Notes under the pieces: generated by a model
The model's input: only the letters and a program-made list of their open reading frames with translations
Databases searched by the model: none
Told to the model about the DNA's origin: nothing
Origin: an uncultured bacterium
GTDB taxonomy: Bacteria; Chloroflexota; UBA5177; JANWHV01
Assembly: GCA_963827235.1 (NCBI GenBank)
Contig: CAWHAE010000012.1
Location: 1,504,001 to 1,568,000, forward strand
DNA: 64,000 nt
Direction of reading: 5' to 3'
In this document: one piece after another, positions 1 to 9,138 of the stretch
Position numbering within the stretch: the stretch's first letter is position 1
How the letters are laid out: every line of letters starts with the position of its first letter
Made by a program: the position numbers and the translations under genes

Positions 1-966
1 CTTGCGGACGCGCACGTCGGTGAACGGCTTCATGCCCGAGTTGAAGCCGATCTGATAGGTGTAGAGAGCGGGCGCGCGCATGATCAGCTTACCGAAGCGC
101 GAATCCGCCGCCACGGCGGCGTAGCTCTCCTTGGGGATGCCGTCCGCCAGCACGTCGATGTCGCCGCTCTCCAGCTTGAGCACGGCCACGCTATCGTTCA
201 CGTTGACCTGCCAGGTGATCTGATCCAGGTACGGAAGCTGCACGCCGCTGGAGTCGTGGCCGTAGTAGTTGGGATTGCGGACCACGACCAGCTTCTGAGC
301 CGGAGTGTAGGACTGGAACATGTAGGGCCCGCTGCCCAGCGGGTGATTGTGGAACTCCTTGCCGTACTTGAGAACCTGGGCCGGATCGACGACGTCGAAG
401 TTGGCCATGCTGATCTCGTACGGGAAGATGGCGTCGGGACGCGAGAGCACGAAGCGGACGGTCAGCGGATCGACCACCTGCACGCCGCTCAACGTCTTGG
501 CCTTACCGGCCTGCAGCGCGTCGTAGCCCTGGATGGCGGAGAGCTCGTTGAGCGCCCAGTTGTTGGTGCTCGGCGTCTCGGCCCGGTTGATCGAGAAGGC
601 GACGGACGAAGCGGTGAGCGGCGTGCCGTCGGCAAACTTGAGGCCGGAGCGCAGGTGGAAGGTGTAGAGCCGGCCGCCGTTGCCGACCGTGGGCATGGCG
701 GAGGCCAGGTCGGGGTACAACGAGTCGTCGACGTTCACGCCGATCAGATTGCTGTAGAGGCAGTTGATCACGCGGATGGACTCCACGTATCCGGCGACGG
801 GCGGATCCAGGCTGTCGAAGTCGTTCGCGGTGGCCACCACGATCGATCCGCCGCGAATGCTAGCCTGCGTGTGCGCCGCCGTGCGAGAGGGCACGGTGCC
901 GCCCAGGGCCGCGAGCAACAGAAGAATGACTCCACTTCGAGCGATCGCCGTGCGCACCGTCACCAT
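1..966 (-). CDS. Peptide/nickel-type ABC transporter substrate-binding protein (family 5), runs off the window edge
   Basis: Translated by hand from the minus strand (absent from the ORF track): MVTVRTAIARSGVILLLLAALGG signal-like N-terminus, DFDSLDP, YTFHLRSGLKFADGTPLTA, PLGSGPY motifs; GGGGAGG RBS upstream of ATG at 966. Confidence 0.9.
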   Translation of the reverse strand, partial: MVTVRTAIARSGVILLLLAALGGTVPSRTAAHTQASIRGGSIVVATANDFDSLDPPVAGYVESIRVINCLYSNLIGVNVDDSLYPDLASAMPTVGNGGRLYTFHLRSGLKFADGTPLTASSVAFSINRAETPSTNNWALNELSAIQGYDALQAGKAKTLSGVQVVDPLTVRFVLSRPDAIFPYEISMANFDVVDPAQVLKYGKEFHNHPLGSGPYMFQSYTPAQKLVVVRNPNYYGHDSSGVQLPYLDQITWQVNVNDSVAVLKLESGDIDVLADGIPKESYAAVAADSRFGKLIMRAPALYTYQIGFNSGMKPFTDVRVRK

Positions 967-1109
967 AGGTCCATCCTCCCCCTAGGACTGCAGCAGCTGG
1001 CAGCGCCACCGCGGCCGGCCGGGTCCGGCGGCCACACGAGGGCGCTCTACCTGGCGGGAGGGTACACCGCCCGACATGGCCAAGGCAAGTGCAGGCAGCC
1101 CCCCGGCCG

Positions 1110-2004
1110 CTATGAGGGGAGCGGCGCCGCCGCCAGATGCGCCTCCAGAACGGCGACCAGCGATGCGGGCATGGCCGCGCCGGGGGCACGCACGCGCGCT
1201 TCCTGAATCAGCCCGCGGCGGCGCAGAATCTCCTTGCGTATGGCCAGGCTGACCTTGTCCTGGGACTCGAACAGCACCAGCGGCAGCCAGGGCAGATATG
1301 CCTGGCGCGCGGCGGCGAAACCGCCGTCCTGCCAGGCGCGCACCGTGGCCACCAACGCCTCGGGAACGGCGAAGCCGGTCATGGCGCCGGCCGAATCCGG
1401 CCGCCAGCTCGTCGAGCAGGCCGACGCCGCCCAGGCCGCCGAACACGGGCACGCCGCTTTCCCCGGCCAGTATGGCCACGGTGGGCGCTGTCGGCGGCGC
1501 TTCCGCCTTCAGCGCCACCACCACGGCTGCCTCACGCGCCGCCTGCGCCAGCAGCTTGGGCGGAATGGCCACGCCCGTTGCGGCCGGGTGGTCCTGCAGC
1601 ACGATGCCGAGACCCGAGGCACCGGCAATCCGGCGCAGGTGTTCCGCCACCACCGCCGGGTCGGCACCCGGAACCGGGACCATCACGGCCCGCGCGCCGA
1701 GCCCGGCTGCCGCCCGTGCCTCCTCGATGGCCGGCGCCGTGGCCGTGGCGGCCATGCCGGCGACCACGGGAAGCGGCCCGGCGGCCGCCACCACGGTCTC
1801 CAGCACCAGCCGCCTTTCCGCCGTGCTCAGGCGGGCCGCCTCTCCCAGCACGCCCAGCGCGACCACGCCCGATGCTCCGACCCGCTCGTACAACCCGACC
1901 AGGCGTGCCAGCGACGCGGTGTCGACGTCCAGATTCTCCCCCTGAAACGGCGTCGCCAGGATACCCCACACGCCGCGCGCCAGCGGCTCGTACCGTCCTG
2001 CCAT
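1110..2004 (-). CDS. Dihydrodipicolinate synthase (DHDPS/NAL)-family aldolase, single frameshift near 1395
   Basis: GVWGILATPF, LGVLGEAARLS, VVALKAE motifs. The frame breaks at ELAAG|SAGAMTGF (one extra T) and continues in ORF 1110..1382. Confidence 0.85.
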
Positions 2005-2045
2005 GCGCTGCCTTCCCTTCCGTCATCGCACCCGAGAGCCGGCGG

Positions 2046-2840
2046 TCAAAGCGCCGAAATCATGCCGCCGTCCACCAGCATGCTCTGGCCGGTCACGTAG
2101 CCCGCGTCTTCCGAGGCGAGAAACGCTACCAGGGCGCCGATCTCGGCCGGGCTGCCGTAGCGCTGCGCCGGAATGCCGCGCTCGTTTTCGGCGCGGCACT
2201 GATCGTAGGACACGCCCGCCGCCTTGGCGCGCGCCTCGTCCAGCGTGCGCACGCGATCGGTGTCGATGCGTCCCGGCGATACCATGTTCACCGTGATACC
2301 CGCGCCTGCCACTTCCTGCGCCAGTGTCTTCACCACGCCGAGCAGCGCCGGCCGGAAGGCATTCGACACCACCAGGCCGGGGATGGGCTGTTTGACGGAC
2401 GACGATCCGATGACCACGATGCGCCCGTAGCGCCGGGGCTGCATGCGCCGCACGGCCAGGCGCATGGAGCGCACGGCGCTCATCAGGGTCAGGTCGAACG
2501 CGGTCTGCCAGTGCGAGTCGGGCGCGTTCAGGAACGAACTGGGCGGCGGGCCGCCCGCGTTCGCCACCAGCACGTCGAGCCGGCCGAAGCTCTCGTCGAG
2601 CGTGCCAAACAGCGCCTCCAGGTCCGCGGCCTGCGCCACGTCGGCGCGCACGCCGACCACCTTGCCGCCGGAGGAGCGCAACGCCGCCGCGGCCTCCTCG
2701 ATCGCCTTTGCGTCGCGGGAACAGATCACCAGGTCGTGGCCGGAGCGTGCCAGCGCCTCGGCGCAGCCGCGCCCGATACCCTTCGTCGCCGCCATGACGA
2801 GTGCGACGCGCCTCATCGTCCCCTCTGCTGCGTTCACCAT
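2046..2840 (-). CDS. SDR family oxidoreductase (FabG-like)
   Basis: VALVMAATKGIG, LDVLVANAGGPP, ITVNMVSPGRIDT, YVTGQSMLVDGG; start at 2840 or 2816. Confidence 0.9.
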   Translation of the reverse strand: MVNAAEGTMRRVALVMAATKGIGRGCAEALARSGHDLVICSRDAKAIEEAAAALRSSGGKVVGVRADVAQAADLEALFGTLDESFGRLDVLVANAGGPPPSSFLNAPDSHWQTAFDLTLMSAVRSMRLAVRRMQPRRYGRIVVIGSSSVKQPIPGLVVSNAFRPALLGVVKTLAQEVAGAGITVNMVSPGRIDTDRVRTLDEARAKAAGVSYDQCRAENERGIPAQRYGSPAEIGALVAFLASEDAGYVTGQSMLVDGGMISAL

Positions 2841-2946
2841 CTTCCCCTCAACTCGTACTCTTGCCCTCGGCATACACACGGCGGCGGCCGGCCGCCTCGT
2901 TACCGTGCCAGAGCTTACCGTAGCACGATGCGAGACCCGATGCCGC

Positions 2947-4116
2947 TCAGCCGAACATCGCCACGCTCGTGGTCGAGTGCATGCGGCCGTAGACGAACGC
3001 CAGATAGGCGTCGCGCGCGGCCGGATCTACGCGGCTCCAGGCGGTGGCGACGGCCGGCTCGCCCGCCCAGTACGACCAGATGAGCGCGCTGCGCTGGGGA
3101 GCCTCGATGAACTGCATGCGGTTTTGCACCCAGCCCTCGCCGCCCACCAGGCTCTGATCGCGCAGCCAGCCGGCCACGCGGTCCGCGGTCCAGCCCAGGA
3201 AGTGCAGGCGCCAGGCGGCGCCGGTGCCGATGCCCGAGCGGTAGCGCGTCATGGCGGCGGTGAACCGATCGTCGTCGCCGTCGATCCAGTCCAGCAGGCG
3301 CAGCCCATAGTCGGCGATGCCTTCGAAGACGGAGGAGCTTGCCGAGTTGACGATCGAGAGCAGGCCGTCGGCCGCCGCCCGGCCCTCGCGATACCACGTC
3401 TCGCGCAACTTGAATTGCACGTAATGGCCGGGGTAGCACTCGTGCACGGCGAGATGTTTGAGGGCCGGCCCGGTCAGCACGGGATCCGTATTGAGCTCCA
3501 CCGTACGCCGCATGTAGTCGCAGCGCGCGTTGAAGGCCACGCCGCTCACGCCCTGCACGCGCATGCCGTCCGATTTCGGCGCCGGGATGGGGAGGACGGC
3601 GTTCGTGCGATCCCATGCCTCGTCCAGGAGCGCCTGCGCCGTGTCCTGCACCTCGCCGGCCGGCACGCGATGCCGTGCTTCCCAGGCGAGGCACTGGGCC
3701 CGCAGGTCGCCCGTGTAGCCGAGGCCGGTCAGGACCTCTCGCATCTCGGCGCGCAAGGCGTCGAGCTCCCCGTCGGAGGCAGGCTGAGACGAAATGTGCA
3801 GGAAGCGGCCGACCTGATCCGCGAAGGCCAGGCCGTGCTCGCGCCACTCGAGCAGGGCCAGCGTCGAGAGGCAGAGCTGGTCGTAGTAGACGCGGCGGTC
3901 CGGCTCGGCCAGCGTCGCGGCCCGCCGGCGCAGGTCCTCGAGCACCGCGCGGGCCTCGGCAAAGGACGCCAGCGGCATGGCAGCGTGGGTGGTCGACATG
4001 TTGACCACCACCAGGCCGTCGTCGGCCTCGCCGCCGGGTGTCCGGCACAGCGCGTCGATGCCCAGCAGCACCGGCGTGACCGATTCGCCGTAGGCGAGAG
4101 TTGCTTCACTGAGCAT
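2947..4116 (-). CDS. DUF885-like metallopeptidase-fold protein
   Basis: HLAVHECYPGHY (HExxPGH) and FEGIADY motifs; GGAGGAGG RBS; coupled to the upstream gene. Confidence 0.7.
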   Translation of the reverse strand: MLSEATLAYGESVTPVLLGIDALCRTPGGEADDGLVVVNMSTTHAAMPLASFAEARAVLEDLRRRAATLAEPDRRVYYDQLCLSTLALLEWREHGLAFADQVGRFLHISSQPASDGELDALRAEMREVLTGLGYTGDLRAQCLAWEARHRVPAGEVQDTAQALLDEAWDRTNAVLPIPAPKSDGMRVQGVSGVAFNARCDYMRRTVELNTDPVLTGPALKHLAVHECYPGHYVQFKLRETWYREGRAAADGLLSIVNSASSSVFEGIADYGLRLLDWIDGDDDRFTAAMTRYRSGIGTGAAWRLHFLGWTADRVAGWLRDQSLVGGEGWVQNRMQFIEAPQRSALIWSYWAGEPAVATAWSRVDPAARDAYLAFVYGRMHSTTSVAMFG

Positions 4117-5785
4117 GGCCATCCTCCTCCCGCATGGCGGCCGCGATCAGCGCCACGGGCACCGATCCGTAGGAGAGGAAGCGATCGTGGAACCGGCGCA
4201 GGCTGAAGGAGCTGCCCCGGCGCGCCGACAGTTCCCGGCGCAGGTCGTGAATCATGTCGACGCCGCTCAGGTACATCATCGCCGCGCCCGGGAACATGCT
4301 GTTCTTCACGGCCTCGCCGTGGGCGGCGCCTTCGGCCATGCCGACTCGCTCGCGGTAGAACGCTGCCGCCTCGTCGATGCCGATCGTGCCGCGATGGAGC
4401 CGGACGTCCACGATTGCCCGTGCCGCCATGCGCAGCCGGCTGTGCTGCTCGGAGTACTGTTCCAGCGGTGAGAGAAAGCCGGTCTCCGCCATGAGCTCGG
4501 TGGCGTAGCAGGCCCAGCCCTCCGCCATGGTGCCGCCGCAGAACATGGCGATGCGCGAGGCACAATCCACGGCGGCGATCCGGCCGAGACGGGATTCGGC
4601 CCGGTAGGCGTGATAATTCTGCAGATGGTGGCCCAGGCCGCCGTGGTGCACGACGTGATTCAGGGTGATCACACTGTCGTTGGCGGCGCGCAGACGCCGC
4701 TCCTGCTCCTCGGCGGACAGGTCGCCGTCGACGGGCGGCACCAGGTATTCCATCGGCGTAACCGAGTCGAAGGGCGCCGGTGCGCGGTAGGGCAGGAAAT
4801 ACAGGTACGGCGCGGCGCGGCGCGCCCAGAGCGGCTGCGGCACGTAGCGGATCGGGTACTCCGGCCAGGTGACCAGGTCGGCGGCCACGGCGGCTGCTTT
4901 GGCGGCCTGCCAGGTCGCTTCGAAACGGGCGTAGTAGTCCCCGGCCCGCGGATGCAGGTCCGCCAGCCCGGCCAGCGCTGCGGCCGGATCGGCGGCGCCG
5001 AAATCGCCGGCGTGCTCCGCCAGGTAGGCGGCGCTGCGCTCGAGCTGGTCGAGAGCGTAGGCTTCTACCTCCGCGGCATTCCGGCCGAGGCAATGGCCGC
5101 GTTTCAGGAGCAGGTCGAACGCCTCCTCGCCGGCGGCCCAGCCAGCGGAGGGATGCGCCGTCAGCTCTCGCTCCAGGTAGCGGCGGTAGTCGCCGAATGC
5201 CGCGCCGGCGGCGGCCGCTGCCCGGCCGAGCAGCGGGTCCATGCCGCCCTGCTCGCGCGCCAGCTGCTCCAGGCCGGATCCGAGGAAGGCGAGCGCGCCA
5301 TCGCACTCCCGGATGGCCCGGGACGTCCAGGCCGCGGGCGCCGCGCGAACGGCGTCACGGCCCTGCCGGAGCAGCGCGGGCACGGCCTGCAGGCGGGCGA
5401 TGGCACTTTCCGCGCGTTGCTTGTACGGAGCGAACGGGCGGAGAAACAGGCTGAGGATGCCGAAGATCGCTTCGCCGGTGTAGAAGCTGGGGTTGCCCCG
5501 CTCGAAATGCGCCGAGCCGAGCTCCCAGAGCGCGATCTCCAGGAACCCCTCTGCCATTTGGCGGTCCATGGACTCTGCCACGGTCGGCGATTCGGCGGGT
5601 AGCGCGCGCAGGGAGCCAAGCAGGCGGCGCATCTCCGCCGCCGAGTCGGCCAGTCCCTGCTCCGAGCAGTCGGGAAGCCGGTGATCGTGCTCGTGCACGC
5701 CGATGAACGTAGCGTTGACGGGATGCCGGCGGTAGTAGGCGGCAAGGAATTGGTCGAGCCAGGCTGAAAAGGCGGGTGCGCTCAT
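4106..5785 (-). CDS. DUF885 family protein with a variant metal motif
   Basis: HPVNATFIGVHEHDHRLPD N-terminus, HVVHHGGLGHHLQ, EGWACY, RRFHDRFLSYGSVP C-terminus typical of DUF885. Confidence 0.85.
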   Translation of the reverse strand: MSAPAFSAWLDQFLAAYYRRHPVNATFIGVHEHDHRLPDCSEQGLADSAAEMRRLLGSLRALPAESPTVAESMDRQMAEGFLEIALWELGSAHFERGNPSFYTGEAIFGILSLFLRPFAPYKQRAESAIARLQAVPALLRQGRDAVRAAPAAWTSRAIRECDGALAFLGSGLEQLAREQGGMDPLLGRAAAAAGAAFGDYRRYLERELTAHPSAGWAAGEEAFDLLLKRGHCLGRNAAEVEAYALDQLERSAAYLAEHAGDFGAADPAAALAGLADLHPRAGDYYARFEATWQAAKAAAVAADLVTWPEYPIRYVPQPLWARRAAPYLYFLPYRAPAPFDSVTPMEYLVPPVDGDLSAEEQERRLRAANDSVITLNHVVHHGGLGHHLQNYHAYRAESRLGRIAAVDCASRIAMFCGGTMAEGWACYATELMAETGFLSPLEQYSEQHSRLRMAARAIVDVRLHRGTIGIDEAAAFYRERVGMAEGAAHGEAVKNSMFPGAAMMYLSGVDMIHDLRRELSARRGSSFSLRRFHDRFLSYGSVPVALIAAAMREEDGHAQ

Positions 5786-5793
5786 CGTCGTGC

Positions 5794-6915
5794 CTATCGC
5801 TGCAAGGGCAGGTCGACCCAGCGGCGCTCGTGGAACGACTGCTCGACCGCGTTGATCGCCTCCTGCACCCAGGCGCCGTCGCGGAAATTGCCCTGGTTCC
5901 GCGGTCCGCCGTCCAGAATCTCGTCGGCGAAGTCCTTGATCAGGTTGGCATAGAACAGCGAGCGCCACGATTCAGTCGGGCTGCCGCCGGTGGGGTAGAA
6001 GTGCCGGGGAATCTCCAGCTCGCGGAACTCCACCGCATCGGCGGTGGCCACGCGGATGGTCTCCGCGATGCCCCGCTCTTCGACCAGCCGGCAGATGATG
6101 GCGCCGCGCTCGCCGTAGATGCGCGCTTCGATGCCGGGATAATTGCCGACCGTGACGAAGCTGGTCTGGATGGAGCCGATGGCGCCGTTGGCGTACTCGG
6201 CGATATAGATGTCTCCGTCGTCGATGTTCATGCGCATCATCGTGCCGGTAGCGCGGACAATGCGCTCGGGGATGAAGTTGCGCATGGTGCCGACCACGCG
6301 CGTGTAGTCGGCCCCCACCCACCAGTGCCCGATGTCGATCACCGGGGCGCCGTAGCCTTCGAGCGACGAGGTCTGCAAGACGGATTGGTCGGCGGTGTGA
6401 TCGACCTGGCGCAGCGGCGTTTGCGGATCGAGCCACTGTGAGTTCTGCTCATACCCGTTAAAGATGAAAGGCCGTCCCACGAATCCCTCATCGAGCAGCG
6501 ACCGTGCGTAGCGCACGCCCGGGCTGTAGCGGAAGGTGAAGCCGAGCTTGGTCTTCAGGCCCTTCCGATCGGCGATGGCGGCAGCCTCGAGCGTCTGGCG
6601 AAAGTCGTAGGCGACAGGCTTCTCGCAGAGCACGTGCTTGCCTGCCTGCAGAGCGGCCACGGAGAGCTCGAAGTGGGTATTCGAGGGAGTACAGACGTCC
6701 ACCACGTCGACATCGGAGCGGGCGACGGTCGTCTGCCAGTCGTCGGTCGCCGTCTCGACGGCGAATTCGCGGGCCAGATCGCGAGCTCGTTCCGGCTCCA
6801 CGTCGCAGAGGGCGACGATCCGGCAGCGAGGATCGCGCTGCCAGCCGGGGATATGGGCGAAGCGCGCCCAGGCGCCGGCACCCAGCACGGCGACCCGCAG
6901 GGTAGACTCGTTCAT
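5794..6915 (-). CDS. Gfo/Idh/MocA family oxidoreductase
   Basis: VAVLGAG Rossmann motif, GKHVLCEKP; GGAGG RBS before MNESTLRV. Confidence 0.92.
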   Translation of the reverse strand: MNESTLRVAVLGAGAWARFAHIPGWQRDPRCRIVALCDVEPERARDLAREFAVETATDDWQTTVARSDVDVVDVCTPSNTHFELSVAALQAGKHVLCEKPVAYDFRQTLEAAAIADRKGLKTKLGFTFRYSPGVRYARSLLDEGFVGRPFIFNGYEQNSQWLDPQTPLRQVDHTADQSVLQTSSLEGYGAPVIDIGHWWVGADYTRVVGTMRNFIPERIVRATGTMMRMNIDDGDIYIAEYANGAIGSIQTSFVTVGNYPGIEARIYGERGAIICRLVEERGIAETIRVATADAVEFRELEIPRHFYPTGGSPTESWRSLFYANLIKDFADEILDGGPRNQGNFRDGAWVQEAINAVEQSFHERRWVDLPLQR

Positions 6916-6993
6916 CGACCAACCTCCCAGAAATGATGGTGCGAAGCGGCAACCACCGCGCACGACGCCACGGGCCTGCCTCTTCGCAGTTTC

Positions 6994-7024
6994 GTGGAAC
7001 AGTATTTCACATTTCTTGTATACT
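6994..7024. promoter_or_regulatory. Putative IclR-type operator and -10 element in the divergent intergenic region
   Basis: Imperfect palindrome GTGGAAcagtaTTTCAC (6994-7010) next to TATACT (7019-7024) in an AT-rich patch; IclR gene at 11860. Confidence 0.5.
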
Positions 7025-7159
7025 AGTCCACAATTCAGGTGCAGCGCCGCACCCCCGACTTTGTGGCGATCCGCGGGCAGTGTCCTCGATGATGCGTTCT
7101 CGCCCGGTGGACGAGCGAGTCACCGGGACTCACCCAGGACGGTGAAGGGGTGACGGCCA

Positions 7160-8110
7160 GTGGCCCAGTACCTAGTGCGGCGGCTCTTGCAGGCGGTGCC
7201 GATCCTGATCGGCATCTCGGTGCTGCTCTTCGCCCTGCTGCACGCCGTGCCCGGCGGGCCGCTGGCAATCTACCTGAACAACCCGCAGGTATCGCCGAAG
7301 GACATCGCCCGGCTCAGCAGCCAGCTCGGCCTGGACCGCCCGCTCCCCGTGCAATACGTGCTCTGGCTCAAAGCGTTCATGCGAGGCGACTGGGGCTACA
7401 GTCTCTCGACCGGCCGACCGGTGGAGACCATGATCGGCGAGCGACTGCCGGCCACGCTCGAGCTGATGACGGCGTCACTGGCGGTGGCCGCGGTCGTGGC
7501 GCTCATCCTAGGGATCTTCCAGGCCCTCCGCCCCCGATCGCTCCTCGACTACGGCGCCACCACCGCCGCCTTCCTGGGCATTTCCATTCCCGCGTTTTGG
7601 TTCGGCCTCATCCTGCAGCTCGTGTTCGCCGTGGAGCTTCGCTGGCTGCCGTCGTCCGGGCGGGAGGAGATCGGGGACGGCTCGTTCCCGGATCTCGTCC
7701 GGCACCTCATCCTGCCGACCATCGTGCTGTCCCTGGCCTACCTGGCAGGCTGGAGCCGGTACGTGCGCTCCAGCCTGCTGGAGACGCTGGGCGAGGACTA
7801 CGTGCGCACCGCGCGCGCCAAGGGGCTGCCGCCGCGGTTAGTAGTCATTCGCCACGCCCTGCGGAACAGTCTCATCCCGGTGGTGACGGTAGTGGCGCTG
7901 GATCTGCCGTCGCTCTTCGCCGGCGCCGTGGTAACGGAGACCGTCTTCAGCTGGCCGGGCATCGGGCAGCTGTTCATCAACTCGATCAACGGGCTCGATT
8001 ATCCGACGGTGATGGCAATACTCATGATCACGTCGGTGCTGGTGATCGTGTGCAACTTGCTTGCCGACCTGGCCTACGGCTGGCTCGATCCGCGGGTGCA
8101 ATATGGCTGA
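7160..8110 (+). CDS. Peptide ABC transporter permease (DppB/OppB-like)
   Basis: YLVRRLLQA, LGLDRPLPVQY, EDYVRTARAKGL, LDPRV. Confidence 0.95.
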   Translation: MAQYLVRRLLQAVPILIGISVLLFALLHAVPGGPLAIYLNNPQVSPKDIARLSSQLGLDRPLPVQYVLWLKAFMRGDWGYSLSTGRPVETMIGERLPATLELMTASLAVAAVVALILGIFQALRPRSLLDYGATTAAFLGISIPAFWFGLILQLVFAVELRWLPSSGREEIGDGSFPDLVRHLILPTIVLSLAYLAGWSRYVRSSLLETLGEDYVRTARAKGLPPRLVVIRHALRNSLIPVVTVVALDLPSLFAGAVVTETVFSWPGIGQLFINSINGLDYPTVMAILMITSVLVIVCNLLADLAYGWLDPRVQYG

Positions 8111-9032
8111 TCCTGCTCGCGGAACCCCTCTGTCATCTGCCGCGCGCGCGGAAGGGCCGCCGGAGCAGTCCGAGGCGGCGCGGAGCGAGCTCGTGCCGCG
8201 GCGCCCGTCGGTGCTGGCGCGGCTGACCCGCCACCGCCTCGCCCTGTTCGGGTTACTGATCCTAGCGGTCATGGTTTGCGCGGCCATCATCGGGCCGCTG
8301 GTCGAGCCCTACAAGCCCGACGCGCAGAATCTGTTTCTGATCCAGCAGGCGCCGGTGTGGTCGCATCCCATGGGCACGGACGATCTGGGCCGCGACGTGC
8401 TGAGCCGCGTGCTCTCCGGGGCGCGCATCTCACTTGCCGTGGGTGCGCTGAGCGCGCTGACCGCCGTGCTGATCGGAACGCTGATCGGGGCGCTGGCCGG
8501 TTATGCCGGCGGCCTGGTCGACAACCTCTTGATGCGCCTGACCGACATCATGGTCTCCATCCCCATCCTGCCGTTGGTGATCGTGGTGTCCTCGATCGCC
8601 AGGCCCTCGGTCCCGCTTCTGATCCTGGTGATCGGCGGCTTCGGCTGGATGGGCATGGCCAGGCTGGTGCGAGCGCGGCTGCTCGTGCTCAAGGAGCAGG
8701 ACTACATCAGCGCTGCCCGCGCCGTGGCGGTGCCGCCATGGCGCATCATCTGGCGGCATCTGCTGCCCAACGCCATGGCACCGATTATCGTGGCCGGCAC
8801 CCTGGCCATGGCAAACGCGATCATTCTGGAATCCGTGCTCAGCTTCTTCGGCCTGGGCGTGCAGCCGCCGACGCCGAGCTGGGGAAACATGCTGCAGAAC
8901 GCGGAATCGAGCATGCAATCGGAGCCCTGGCTGGCGATCTTTCCCGGCCTGTGCATTCTGTGCACGGTGCTCAGCGTCAACTTCCTGGGCGACGGCCTGC
9001 GCGACGCCCTGGATCCCAAGATGCGGCTGTGA
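8103..9032 (+). CDS. Peptide ABC transporter permease (DppC/OppC-like)
   Basis: HPMGTDDLGRDVLSR, HLLPN, PTPSWGNML, GDGLRDALDPK. Confidence 0.95.
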   Translation: MADPARGTPLSSAARAEGPPEQSEAARSELVPRRPSVLARLTRHRLALFGLLILAVMVCAAIIGPLVEPYKPDAQNLFLIQQAPVWSHPMGTDDLGRDVLSRVLSGARISLAVGALSALTAVLIGTLIGALAGYAGGLVDNLLMRLTDIMVSIPILPLVIVVSSIARPSVPLLILVIGGFGWMGMARLVRARLLVLKEQDYISAARAVAVPPWRIIWRHLLPNAMAPIIVAGTLAMANAIILESVLSFFGLGVQPPTPSWGNMLQNAESSMQSEPWLAIFPGLCILCTVLSVNFLGDGLRDALDPKMRL

Positions 9033-9138
9033 AGTGGTCTTGAAAGGGGGTGGGCGGCAGAGGACGGGGCGCGGTTACAGGGAGGGACTCTGACGGAGAA
9101 GGTAGGCGGCCGGGCCGCCGATTGAGAAGGAGATCAGG

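Noticed and set aside
256-4206. Long + strand ORFs (256..1206, 1137..3083, 2443..4206) and similar long ORFs elsewhere, e.g. 23792..27271
   Set aside because: They are antisense or off-frame shadows of real genes in high-GC DNA, Arg/Ala/Pro-rich with no recognisable motifs.
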